This document shows, in pieces, positions 9,607-18,003 of a DNA stretch of 49,616 bases. This DNA comes from a candidate division WOR-3 bacterium (GTDB lineage Bacteria > Hydrothermota > UBA3072 > B12-G15): NCBI GenBank assembly GCA_965649055.1, contig CBFGJG010000011.1, positions 1-49,616 on the forward strand, given 5' to 3'. The notes beneath the pieces are model-generated. The model worked only from the letters and a program-made list of their open reading frames with translations, had not been told where the DNA came from and ran no database searches. How positions within the stretch are numbered: position 1 is the first letter of the stretch; each line of letters begins with the position of its first letter. The translations under genes were made by a program, and so were the position numbers.

Positions 9607-10025
9607 GGGATTGCCACGTCGCTACGCGACTCGCAATGACGACAGAGAAGAAGAAAGGATGGGATTGCCACGTCGCTACGCGACTCGCAATGACAAATAA
9701 AGGAAGAAAAGATGGGATTCCCACGAGTTTGATAAGACAAGCAAGATGCAGGCAAACTCTCGGAATGACACATTATAGAAGTCATTACGAGCATTGGGAA
9801 TGCTTACATAATCACTATGCCCAATGCGTGGTAATCCCGGGTGTTAAAAAAGTAGTAAACATAAGATTCCCACGACCTTGATAAGACAAGCGAAGAGCAG
9901 ACAAGCCCTCGGAATGACAAGTGAAAGGAGTCATTACGAGAATTGAGAATTATTACATAATTTCTATACTCAATTCGTGGTATTCTCAGTTGTTAAAAAG
10001 AAACTAAAAAAGATGAGATTACCAC
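9607..10025. repeat. Cluster of REP-like hairpins (BIME-like): GGGATTNCCACG-[stem-loop]-CTCGN'AATGAC, six complete copies and one partial
   Basis: Units at 9607-9640 and 9661-9694 (identical 34-mers), 9714-9769, 9781-9838(-), 9864-9918, 9930-9987(-), and partial 10015-10025. Confidence 0.85.
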
Positions 10026-10037
10026 AGGCTTATTATT

Positions 10038-10217
10038 TGGTGTCAGGTCTTGACATCTGACATTTTTTACAGTCTAAAACCTGCGACTACCATTAAATAG
10101 AACCTAAAACAGAAATATCATCCTCACTTAATCCATTTCATTCAAGTTAATGTAAATGAAGGGGATAAAATATCTATGGTTATCTTTATTTTTGTCAAAT
10201 GTCAAGACCTGACACCA
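10038..10217. mobile_element. MITE-like 180-bp element bounded by inverted copies of motif A
   Basis: TGGTGTCAGGTCTTGACATCTGACA at 10038-10062 and TGTCAAATGTCAAGACCTGACACCA at 10193-10217 (24/25 inverted match). No ORF inside and no clear target-site duplication. Confidence 0.55.
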
Positions 10218-10227
10218 TTAAAATTAC

Positions 10228-10255
10228 TTGACTTTAAATTGAATGATTATAAAAT
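10228..10255 (+). promoter_or_regulatory. Sigma70-type promoter TTGACT-N16-TAAAAT
   Basis: Lies upstream of a GGAGG Shine-Dalgarno and the ATG at 10276. Confidence 0.55.
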
Positions 10256-10275
10256 TGTTAAAAATGGAGGTATTT

Positions 10276-11694
10276 ATGAAAAATATTCTTTTTTTATCCT
10301 TGTTTTTATTTCTCCTTTCAGGCTGTGGAAGAAAAGAAAAGTATGATTACGACTATGAATTCAATGAATACGAAGATATTATAATACCGAATTCCGGTAA
10401 TGCCCAAAACTGGGTTTATATCATAGGTGGTAATATTACCGGTGATTTTTATGTCTCACCTAATGGAAATGACAATAACAATGGTTCTTTTGATTCTCCC
10501 TGGAAATCTATAAGTTATGCTGCACAACAACTTTCGCCAGGTGATACACTTGTTGTTCTTCCGGATTCAGGAAGGACAAGACCTATAATCGCTTGCGGAA
10601 ATAACCTTTTGACTGCAATTGATTTGTCAGGAAAACAATATGTATGGATTGAAAATCTTGAGATAACACACAATGAAAACCAGAGGGGAAGCGGAAAATA
10701 TTTTAGAGACGGAATTGAGATACTCGGTCAGCCTGCAAAGAATATCGTTCTTAAAAAGATTTATATTCATCATATAGATGAATTCGGCATGAACTTTCAG
10801 GATGTAGAATCTTTAAAAATTCTGAATTGCAGGATTGAATATTGTGGTTTTGGTTCATTAGGTGGACCAGCAGGTGAAACAGGTGGATGGAGATATGTTG
10901 AAATCATAGGTTGCACTCTATCTTATAGCGGACATTATTATCAGGGGACTGATGGAACTAACAGGCCTTATGACAGACCTGATGGATTTGGTATAGAGAC
11001 ATCAACAGGACCTATCTTAATTGAAAAGACAATTGCATCTCATAATTATGGAGATGGTCTTGATTCCAAAGCAGAAAATACAACGATTAAGGAATGTATA
11101 GTTTCTAACAATTCCTGTGATGGTGTTAAATTATGGGGTGATAATAGTAAGGTTATAAATACACTTATATACGGTAGGGGTGATGGGAATAATGAAATAA
11201 CACCCTGGTCTCCCCTGCTCATACATTGTGAGAAAACAAATGCAAGGTTTGATATAATAAATGTAACTATTGATGATTATCTTGGTAATAATTATCTTTT
11301 CTATGCACAATACGATTCAGGTTTACCACCCGTCCAGATATTTGTGAAGAATACAATCTTCTGTGCAAGGGGCCAAAACTCACCTGTATGGATAAGAGGA
11401 AACTGCACAATTTCTTTTATGAATAATTTATTCTACCTTCCAAACAACGAGAATGTTCTTATTTATGGTGATTCTGTCTGGACATCTTCAAATATAGAAA
11501 ATTTCGGGACAAATAACCTTTATGGTAATCCTATGTTCATATCGCCTGCTTGGGGTAGTGAAGGTGATTATCATCTACAAAATGGCAGTAAGGCGATAGA
11601 TAATGGGACTTCTATTGATGCACCATCAGTAGACCTTGATGGAAATCCGAGACCAAACGGTTCTGGATATGATATTGGCTGCTATGAAAAATAG
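10276..11694 (+). CDS. Lipoprotein with a right-handed beta-helix (pectin-lyase-like/DUF1565-type) domain
   Basis: Start moved from 10243 to the ATG after GGAGG. Lipobox LSGC. YVSPNGND..GS...PWKSI motif, PbH1-like repeats, and C-terminal DYHLQNGSKAIDNG..DLDGNPR..YDIGCYE. Confidence 0.8.
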   Translation: MKNILFLSLFLFLLSGCGRKEKYDYDYEFNEYEDIIIPNSGNAQNWVYIIGGNITGDFYVSPNGNDNNNGSFDSPWKSISYAAQQLSPGDTLVVLPDSGRTRPIIACGNNLLTAIDLSGKQYVWIENLEITHNENQRGSGKYFRDGIEILGQPAKNIVLKKIYIHHIDEFGMNFQDVESLKILNCRIEYCGFGSLGGPAGETGGWRYVEIIGCTLSYSGHYYQGTDGTNRPYDRPDGFGIETSTGPILIEKTIASHNYGDGLDSKAENTTIKECIVSNNSCDGVKLWGDNSKVINTLIYGRGDGNNEITPWSPLLIHCEKTNARFDIINVTIDDYLGNNYLFYAQYDSGLPPVQIFVKNTIFCARGQNSPVWIRGNCTISFMNNLFYLPNNENVLIYGDSVWTSSNIENFGTNNLYGNPMFISPAWGSEGDYHLQNGSKAIDNGTSIDAPSVDLDGNPRPNGSGYDIGCYEK

Positions 11695-11738
11695 AAAGAC
11701 TAATTTAATTAAGGCTTAACCAAGATATAACAAAATAG

Positions 11739-11766
11739 TTGATATATTAAATTTATTCAATATAAT
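11739..11766 (+). promoter_or_regulatory. Promoter TTGATA-N16-TATAAT, 6 nt before the ATG (leaderless)
   Basis: No Shine-Dalgarno between the -10 box and the ATG at 11773. Confidence 0.65.
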
Positions 11767-11772
11767 TAAATT

Positions 11773-13752
11773 ATGATATTTCTGTTGTTCTTTAGAGTTG
11801 GACTTGTCTTAAGTGGTGGTTTTGCACATGGGCTTGCACATATAGGTGTCCTTAAAGTCTTTGAAGAATACAATATTCCAATTGATGAGATAGGTGGAAC
11901 AAGTATGGGTGCAATTATTGGTGCGTTGTATGCCTGCGGCTATAATCCTTCTGAAATAGAAAGTATTGCGAGAAACTTTGATTTTAACGAGGTCTTCAGT
12001 GAAAGAAAAGAATTTGTTCCTTTATTTGAAAAAAGAGGATTTTCAGAAAACATTGCAGAATATTCTCTTTCTATGAGATTCCTTAAACCTGAGATTCCTT
12101 CAGGTATAAATGAAGGATACAAGGTTTTAAATTTCTTAACCTGTCTTTATTTTCCGTTCCATACTATATCGGATTTCGATAGCCTTTTTATCCCGTATTT
12201 CTGCAACGCAGTTGATATTAAAACCAAAAATAATATAATATTCAAGAACGGGAATATAGTTGATGCTATAAGGTCTTCTATGTCTGTTCCAGGTGTTTTT
12301 TCACCATACAAGATAGGTGATTCTGTTCTTGTAGATGGAATGATTATCAATGATTGCCCTGTTTATGAGATGAGAAAAAGAACCGATATCGTTATTGCCG
12401 TTATTTTACTTTATAAACATAGAAAAGATATAAAATCACCTGTTGATGAGATAGCTGAATCTTATATAATAAAAAATAATGTCGAAAAATTAAGGCTCGT
12501 TGAAGATGTAGATATAGTTATACCAGTATATCTTAACCCATTAACATCAACAGATTTCAGTTATATAGATGAATATATAAAAGAGGGTGAAAAAGCAGCT
12601 AAAGAAAAGATAGTTGAAATCCTTAATCTTTTAGATTACAAAAATGTTCCATTGAGTGAAAAATGGGATTTAAATAAGAAAAGAATGAATTTTAAATCAA
12701 AGTTTAAAAGAAGATATGTTGTGAAAAATATAACTTACGAGAATACATCTATCTCCAAAAGTGTCCTTGAAAGATGGAATAATATAAAGATTCACAGTCT
12801 TGCAGGTAAAGATGAATTTTATGAAAGTTTTGAAGGATTTTATAATAAAGGTATATTCAAAGGGGTTGAGTTAAAAACAAAGATAGAAAATGATAGCCTT
12901 CTATTAGATTACAATTTCAAAGAGACATCTCCATTTTTCTTAAAAACAGGATTAGGTTATGAAACAAGTGGAAAAACCTTGATAACATTGTCCTATGGCT
13001 TCAGGAATTTAGGAATTTTATACAAGGGAATAACATTTGGTGGTTCTTTTGGTCATATAAATTCAATCTTCCTGAATGGTTCACTTGAAGAGATATATCC
13101 CAAGAGTGCTGCAATCTCTCTGTCTTTGTTCTACAAAGATTTTTCTTTCTACGAACCTTATCACACATTTTACATAGAAGGAACAACAAGTATATCTTTG
13201 TCAAACAGCGATTTTTTGATGTTTTCTGTAATTAAGAAATTAAACAAAAGGTCCATTGAATACGATTTATCTTTTAAGAAAATAATGATAAGAAGAAATC
13301 CGTTTGATGAAGGTATCTATTATAATTTTTCATTTAAATCAAGCCTTAGGGATTATTCCGACGATTATTTTCAAAGATTCAAGGGATTTTTAACAGCAAA
13401 TAAAAGAATGGGTAATTTCTTCATCAATTCCGGATTAACGATTTATTATACTTCAGGTATTATTCCGATTGATGAAAAAATGTTTATATATGATATGTAT
13501 CCAGAAAGGGAAATATATGATGCAAAAAGTGTTTATAATTTGTCAATAAAAACAGGATATCTATTCTTAAACAGGGAAATATTAGGAATAAATGTCAAGT
13601 CAGCCATATCATTGAAGACGATATTCACTTTCAAAGATAGTGAATTTATGAATATCAAAATTATACCAGGTTTAGAAGTCTATCCTTTGTATGTAAGGCT
13701 TCTTTATACAGATAAAATCTTCTATATATCTTTCGGTAAATTATTCAACTGA
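11773..13752 (+). CDS. Patatin-like phospholipase with a POTRA-like linker and probable C-terminal beta-barrel (PlpD-like)
   Basis: LSGGFAHGLAHIGV glycine-rich loop, GTSMG nucleophile, SMSVPGVF, LVDG. Aromatic-rich amphipathic strands at the C-terminus. Confidence 0.82.
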   Translation: MIFLLFFRVGLVLSGGFAHGLAHIGVLKVFEEYNIPIDEIGGTSMGAIIGALYACGYNPSEIESIARNFDFNEVFSERKEFVPLFEKRGFSENIAEYSLSMRFLKPEIPSGINEGYKVLNFLTCLYFPFHTISDFDSLFIPYFCNAVDIKTKNNIIFKNGNIVDAIRSSMSVPGVFSPYKIGDSVLVDGMIINDCPVYEMRKRTDIVIAVILLYKHRKDIKSPVDEIAESYIIKNNVEKLRLVEDVDIVIPVYLNPLTSTDFSYIDEYIKEGEKAAKEKIVEILNLLDYKNVPLSEKWDLNKKRMNFKSKFKRRYVVKNITYENTSISKSVLERWNNIKIHSLAGKDEFYESFEGFYNKGIFKGVELKTKIENDSLLLDYNFKETSPFFLKTGLGYETSGKTLITLSYGFRNLGILYKGITFGGSFGHINSIFLNGSLEEIYPKSAAISLSLFYKDFSFYEPYHTFYIEGTTSISLSNSDFLMFSVIKKLNKRSIEYDLSFKKIMIRRNPFDEGIYYNFSFKSSLRDYSDDYFQRFKGFLTANKRMGNFFINSGLTIYYTSGIIPIDEKMFIYDMYPEREIYDAKSVYNLSIKTGYLFLNREILGINVKSAISLKTIFTFKDSEFMNIKIIPGLEVYPLYVRLLYTDKIFYISFGKLFN

Positions 13753-16700
13753 TTATCTTATAAATACCACCTTCTCAATATGGATTTTTCTACCTGTTTC
13801 CACTTTTATAAAATATATCCCTTTTGGAAGTATTTTGTTTTTTTCATCTTCACCCGACCATTTAATCTTCCCTTTATCTTTTTTTATTTTCTTCACAATC
13901 CTACCCGTTATATCAAAAATAACGATTGATTTTATATCCTTTCCTTCTATTGTAAGAAAATCCGTAAATACATTAGGATAAACCTTCACCATTAAATCCT
14001 TTTCTGTTATGCCAACATACCTTGAAAGATTCCCAACTTCAAGTGATAATAAAGCAGGTTGTATCTTTTTATAAGTATTATATAAATTCGCCCTTACCCT
14101 TATTACACTATATAAGTTAGGTGGAACATTAGATAAAGAAATGGTATCATAGATAGAATTCGAATAGAATCCATTTAAATTCCCCGGAAGATACATATCA
14201 GGTATAAAATACCAGTTATTCCCATCTTTATATTCAACAAATAATAATACTGAATCATCAGGATGTGCTTTCTTAACAACAATATCACCCCACTCTTCCC
14301 TATCATAAATCTTTTTCAGGTCATCAAAACTTACTTCCTTAAATAAAACCTCTCCAGAGAGAATTGTAAGAACTTCTTTTTTAATCACTGAAATATTATC
14401 AACTGCACAAGCCCATCCCCATTCTTGAGATGTCTCGGTGTAATACCATTCAATCTGTATAGATTCACAGGGGAAAAAAGAAGATAAATCAATTGTCTCT
14501 GTTCCTGAACCATCAGAATTGTATTCCCTGATCTGTGTCCATCCAGACCATACATTATTAAATGTCCTCACACGAACCCTGAAATAATCATATGAAGAGT
14601 AATCATTGTATCCATAAGAGTATTTAAGTTGAAGACTTAAAGGAGAACCTGTAATCAAGAAAGAAGGTGATATAAGCCCTTCTTCTATACTTTGCGGTGC
14701 AGAGCTACCAGCATCATCGTCTGAATAAAATGCATATTTTGTTCCATAATTAGGTGGTGTATAAGTTGAAAGAGCTGTTGTTGTTCCTACAACCCACTTG
14801 TATGCATCATTATTACTATTCACAATTGTCCAACCTGAAGGCATACCTGATTCAAAATCCTCAAAGAGTAATGTATCATAAATAGTATCACCAGGTGGAT
14901 AAAGAATAATGCTATCACCATTTACATAGACACTTGTCATTGAATTCTGTAAGAAATGTTCCCTTTTACACTGAAACCAGGAGCAGGTATTCATAGGAAT
15001 ATCATTACTTGTGGTAAAAGTTCTTATATTTGAAAAACCACCCCAAAGGTTAGAACCTGAATCCTTTGCACGAACCTTAAACCAGTATGTCTTGTATTCA
15101 AGGGGCTCTGTGAATGTATAATCTGCTGTATCTCCACTTGTGAAGAAATCGGTCAGGATTGTTTCCGGTAAAGTGAATGAATAATTATCATCTATCAGGA
15201 TTCCATATTGTATATCATCATTCTGCGGGTCTTCTGAATAGAATGAAAAAACAGGGTTCAAATCAGGTATCCTTGCAAAATTAAATGGTTTTATAATAAC
15301 AGGTGTTGTTGCCAAACCTGTATTTTGTATGTAAACCTTCTTTAAATTTGAATACTCACCCCATCCCATAACATCGTTATATCCACGGACATAATAATAA
15401 TATTCCCCTATATTATGACCGCTTATCTCAAAGAATGTATCTTGTATTGTTGAAGATATTGTCTCAACATTGTTAAAATAAGATACAGGATAAATATCAT
15501 CAACATAGAATCCACCATTTAAAGTATTCCCATCTGTCATTGACCTGAATCTGAAATAAACCGATTTACCAGTCCATTTTGATAAAGAATATGCCTTCAT
15601 TATCCATCCACCTGATGAACCTGTAAACCTTGTTGTATCAAGATTGAACCACTCAAGCCTGTTCTCTGAAATTTCAACTACTGCAACATCATAATTCGTT
15701 TCAAGATTATAATAACACCAGAATACCAATGAATCATCTGATTTAACAATATAAGGATATTTTGTTACAGCAGCAGAATTCATATTATTTGTATTCCCAG
15801 AAAATAAACTATTACTACCTGAATGTGCCTGTGCTGTTGATATTGAAAATCCATTTAAAACCCAATTGGAAGAACCTGATTCAAGGTTATCTGTAATAAT
15901 ATTTAAACCTGAGAATTCCACAAGTTCCCATTTTGAAGGTGTATTGTATTCATCATATTCTGGAATCCAGTTTATCGTAAATGTCTCGGGAACCGTATCA
16001 TTCAAAACAACCTCCGGTGGTGGAACTGCTGGTTTGGAAAGTAAAACCACTGAATCTGCATACTGGCATAAATATTTTATCGCCTTAAAATTCTGTCTTA
16101 CAATATTATCAAGGTCTGATGCAGGTTGATAGAATGCAGTCCCTACCTCTGTTACAAAAGATAGATTCGGAATTCCTTTTACCCATTTATTGTATGAATA
16201 AATCCATTCAATACTTGAACCTGAAACAGGATATATAGTTGAATAAATCTGCCCTCTTCCATAAACCCCACCACTAAGTCTTGAAACCATATCTGCAATT
16301 CTATTTCCGAACCTCGAAAACAATTCGTTATCAGGTGTAGGGGAACCTGTCCACCCCCAAGGCCAGAACAATGCTTCATAATAACTATGATATGACATAT
16401 TCACATTTATTTCCCTTTCCTTTACAAACAATGTTAATGCCTTTGTCTCATCACCTGAATTTTCATACGCACCGCAAAAAAGATCTCCCGAAGGATAATG
16501 TGTTGCCTGATCTTCATCCACTGCACCCCAATCTCCTTCTATATCACCTGAACATCCTGGATAATTCCTGTTGCAATCTGTCCCGATTGAACCACCAAAT
16601 GGTTCCCTGTTTTTTCTCCAAGAGTACTGAGATGGATAATCATATAGATATCCATCAACATTTATAAGTGGAAAGAAATACATCTCCCTTGAATTCACCA

Positions 16701-17226
16701 TATCTGTAAATTCCTGAATAACACCATAGGATTTAACTATAGAATCTATAGCAAATAAAACTACTTCAATAGTAGCCCATTCCCTTGAATGGTGAAGACC
16801 ATCTACAAGGATACCGGGTTCTGTAGGGTCTTCAAAATAAGGGTCATCTGATATTTTTAAACCATAAATCCAGTTCCCCTGATATGTAGGAATAGGAAGG
16901 GATTCAAGTTTGCAGATAGAAGGGTAATTATTAGCATAATTTCTTAAAATCTGATTAACTTCACTATAAGAATGGTAAGAGCCTTTAACAAACCTTTTCA
17001 TCTCTTTTAGACTCTCAACTATAATCTCATACTTTAATCCACTCCTTCTTATTTTTGTATAGATTTCATCGTCTGCAACGATGTCAAAATATTCAGCCGG
17101 TCTTGCAGAAGCGATATCAAGTAAAGGTTTTTCTTGGATCCTTGAGAGTTCAGACCTTGTTCTTGCATAAACCCGGATAATCATATCCTTTTCACCTGAT
17201 AAGAGAAAAATGATCAAAAAAAACAT
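13753..17226 (-). CDS. Secreted M14 zinc carboxypeptidase (carboxypeptidase T-like) with jelly-roll and Fn3-like modules and a T9SS-type CTD
   Basis: HHSREW, NVDG, WRKNR, DCNRNY, HSY, YPVSGSS, FVTEVG. CTD VYPN..IFDITGRIV..WSGED..LPKGIYFIK..KVV. AGGAGG Shine-Dalgarno. Confidence 0.9.
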   Translation of the reverse strand: MFFLIIFLLSGEKDMIIRVYARTRSELSRIQEKPLLDIASARPAEYFDIVADDEIYTKIRRSGLKYEIIVESLKEMKRFVKGSYHSYSEVNQILRNYANNYPSICKLESLPIPTYQGNWIYGLKISDDPYFEDPTEPGILVDGLHHSREWATIEVVLFAIDSIVKSYGVIQEFTDMVNSREMYFFPLINVDGYLYDYPSQYSWRKNREPFGGSIGTDCNRNYPGCSGDIEGDWGAVDEDQATHYPSGDLFCGAYENSGDETKALTLFVKEREINVNMSYHSYYEALFWPWGWTGSPTPDNELFSRFGNRIADMVSRLSGGVYGRGQIYSTIYPVSGSSIEWIYSYNKWVKGIPNLSFVTEVGTAFYQPASDLDNIVRQNFKAIKYLCQYADSVVLLSKPAVPPPEVVLNDTVPETFTINWIPEYDEYNTPSKWELVEFSGLNIITDNLESGSSNWVLNGFSISTAQAHSGSNSLFSGNTNNMNSAAVTKYPYIVKSDDSLVFWCYYNLETNYDVAVVEISENRLEWFNLDTTRFTGSSGGWIMKAYSLSKWTGKSVYFRFRSMTDGNTLNGGFYVDDIYPVSYFNNVETISSTIQDTFFEISGHNIGEYYYYVRGYNDVMGWGEYSNLKKVYIQNTGLATTPVIIKPFNFARIPDLNPVFSFYSEDPQNDDIQYGILIDDNYSFTLPETILTDFFTSGDTADYTFTEPLEYKTYWFKVRAKDSGSNLWGGFSNIRTFTTSNDIPMNTCSWFQCKREHFLQNSMTSVYVNGDSIILYPPGDTIYDTLLFEDFESGMPSGWTIVNSNNDAYKWVVGTTTALSTYTPPNYGTKYAFYSDDDAGSSAPQSIEEGLISPSFLITGSPLSLQLKYSYGYNDYSSYDYFRVRVRTFNNVWSGWTQIREYNSDGSGTETIDLSSFFPCESIQIEWYYTETSQEWGWACAVDNISVIKKEVLTILSGEVLFKEVSFDDLKKIYDREEWGDIVVKKAHPDDSVLLFVEYKDGNNWYFIPDMYLPGNLNGFYSNSIYDTISLSNVPPNLYSVIRVRANLYNTYKKIQPALLSLEVGNLSRYVGITEKDLMVKVYPNVFTDFLTIEGKDIKSIVIFDITGRIVKKIKKDKGKIKWSGEDEKNKILPKGIYFIKVETGRKIHIEKVVFIR

Positions 17227-17235
17227 AAATCCTCC

Positions 17236-17769
17236 TTATGATTTTTTTAATCTATTAACCTTTCCATAAACATCTTTACCAAAATGATAAAGTAAAGGTG
17301 GATTTACCCACATTTCATCGAAATATTCTTCTTCTACTTCTGTAATAAGAATCCTGCCATTGAAAAGATAATGGTCTCCTGCTTCAAAATATGAGTACAG
17401 TTCACATTCTATATATCCGGCACAATCCTTTATTCTCGGTGTCTTTATCTTTTTTGCCTTATCAATCTCAATTTTGAATTCTTTAATCTTATCGGTTTTC
17501 CACCCAGAGACAGAACCGCAGGATTTTGCCAATTCTATTTGTTTTTCCGATGGAATGTTCGCAACGAATTCCTTTGTTTTTATTATATTATCAGTTGTCT
17601 TATGTCTTTTCTGTAATGCGACTGTTATCAAAGGCGGTTCAATTGAAACAGGCATAATCCAGGCTACTGTGCATACATTTGGTTTATTTTTCTCATCAAT
17701 TGATGTTATCAAAGCAACGAGTTTAGGATGCAAAATCCTGTATGGATATTTTTCTATTACTTTTAACAT
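17236..17769 (-). CDS. Flavin reductase family protein (DIM6/NTAB, flavoredoxin-like)
   Basis: NVCTVAW..PVSIEPPL, EFVANIP, CGSVSG..DK, IEC..AGDH. Start moved from 17808 to the ATG after AAGGAG. Confidence 0.88.
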   Translation of the reverse strand: MLKVIEKYPYRILHPKLVALITSIDEKNKPNVCTVAWIMPVSIEPPLITVALQKRHKTTDNIIKTKEFVANIPSEKQIELAKSCGSVSGWKTDKIKEFKIEIDKAKKIKTPRIKDCAGYIECELYSYFEAGDHYLFNGRILITEVEEEYFDEMWVNPPLLYHFGKDVYGKVNRLKKS

Positions 17770-17787
17770 ATGAACTCCTTTTTTTAA

Positions 17788-17815
17788 ATCGTAAAAAAAA
17801 TAAACCAATCGTCAA
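17788..17815 (-). promoter_or_regulatory. Promoter TTGACG-N16-TACGAT
   Basis: Read on the minus strand, upstream of the flavin reductase Shine-Dalgarno. Confidence 0.6.
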
Positions 17816-18003
17816 GGAATATTTTTTAAAATTTTGCGTATAAATAGAATGATGAAAAAATTTAATATTTTTAGAAGAATATATGTAATGATAAAGAGGT
17901 TAAAGTTTGTTTAAGATTAACATCGCTATAATTTTATAGCGATGTTAGGATTATATTTTGAAAAATTATTATAAGAACAAATTTAAAAAAAAGGAGGTAA
18001 AAA

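Noticed and set aside
9607..9694. Two identical 34-bp repeats with a 20-bp spacer as a mini-CRISPR
   Set aside because: Only two exact copies, the spacer is short, related copies are inverted and variable in length, and no cas genes are present. REP-like hairpins fit better.
9573..9881. ORFs 9573-9794(-) and 9636-9881(+)
   Set aside because: They are translations of the repeat cluster (repeated CHCESRSDVAIP) with no Shine-Dalgarno or recognisable domain.
9607..9987. Integron attC array
   Set aside because: No RYYYAAC/GTTRRRY boxes, no cassette ORFs between the hairpins, and no integrase.
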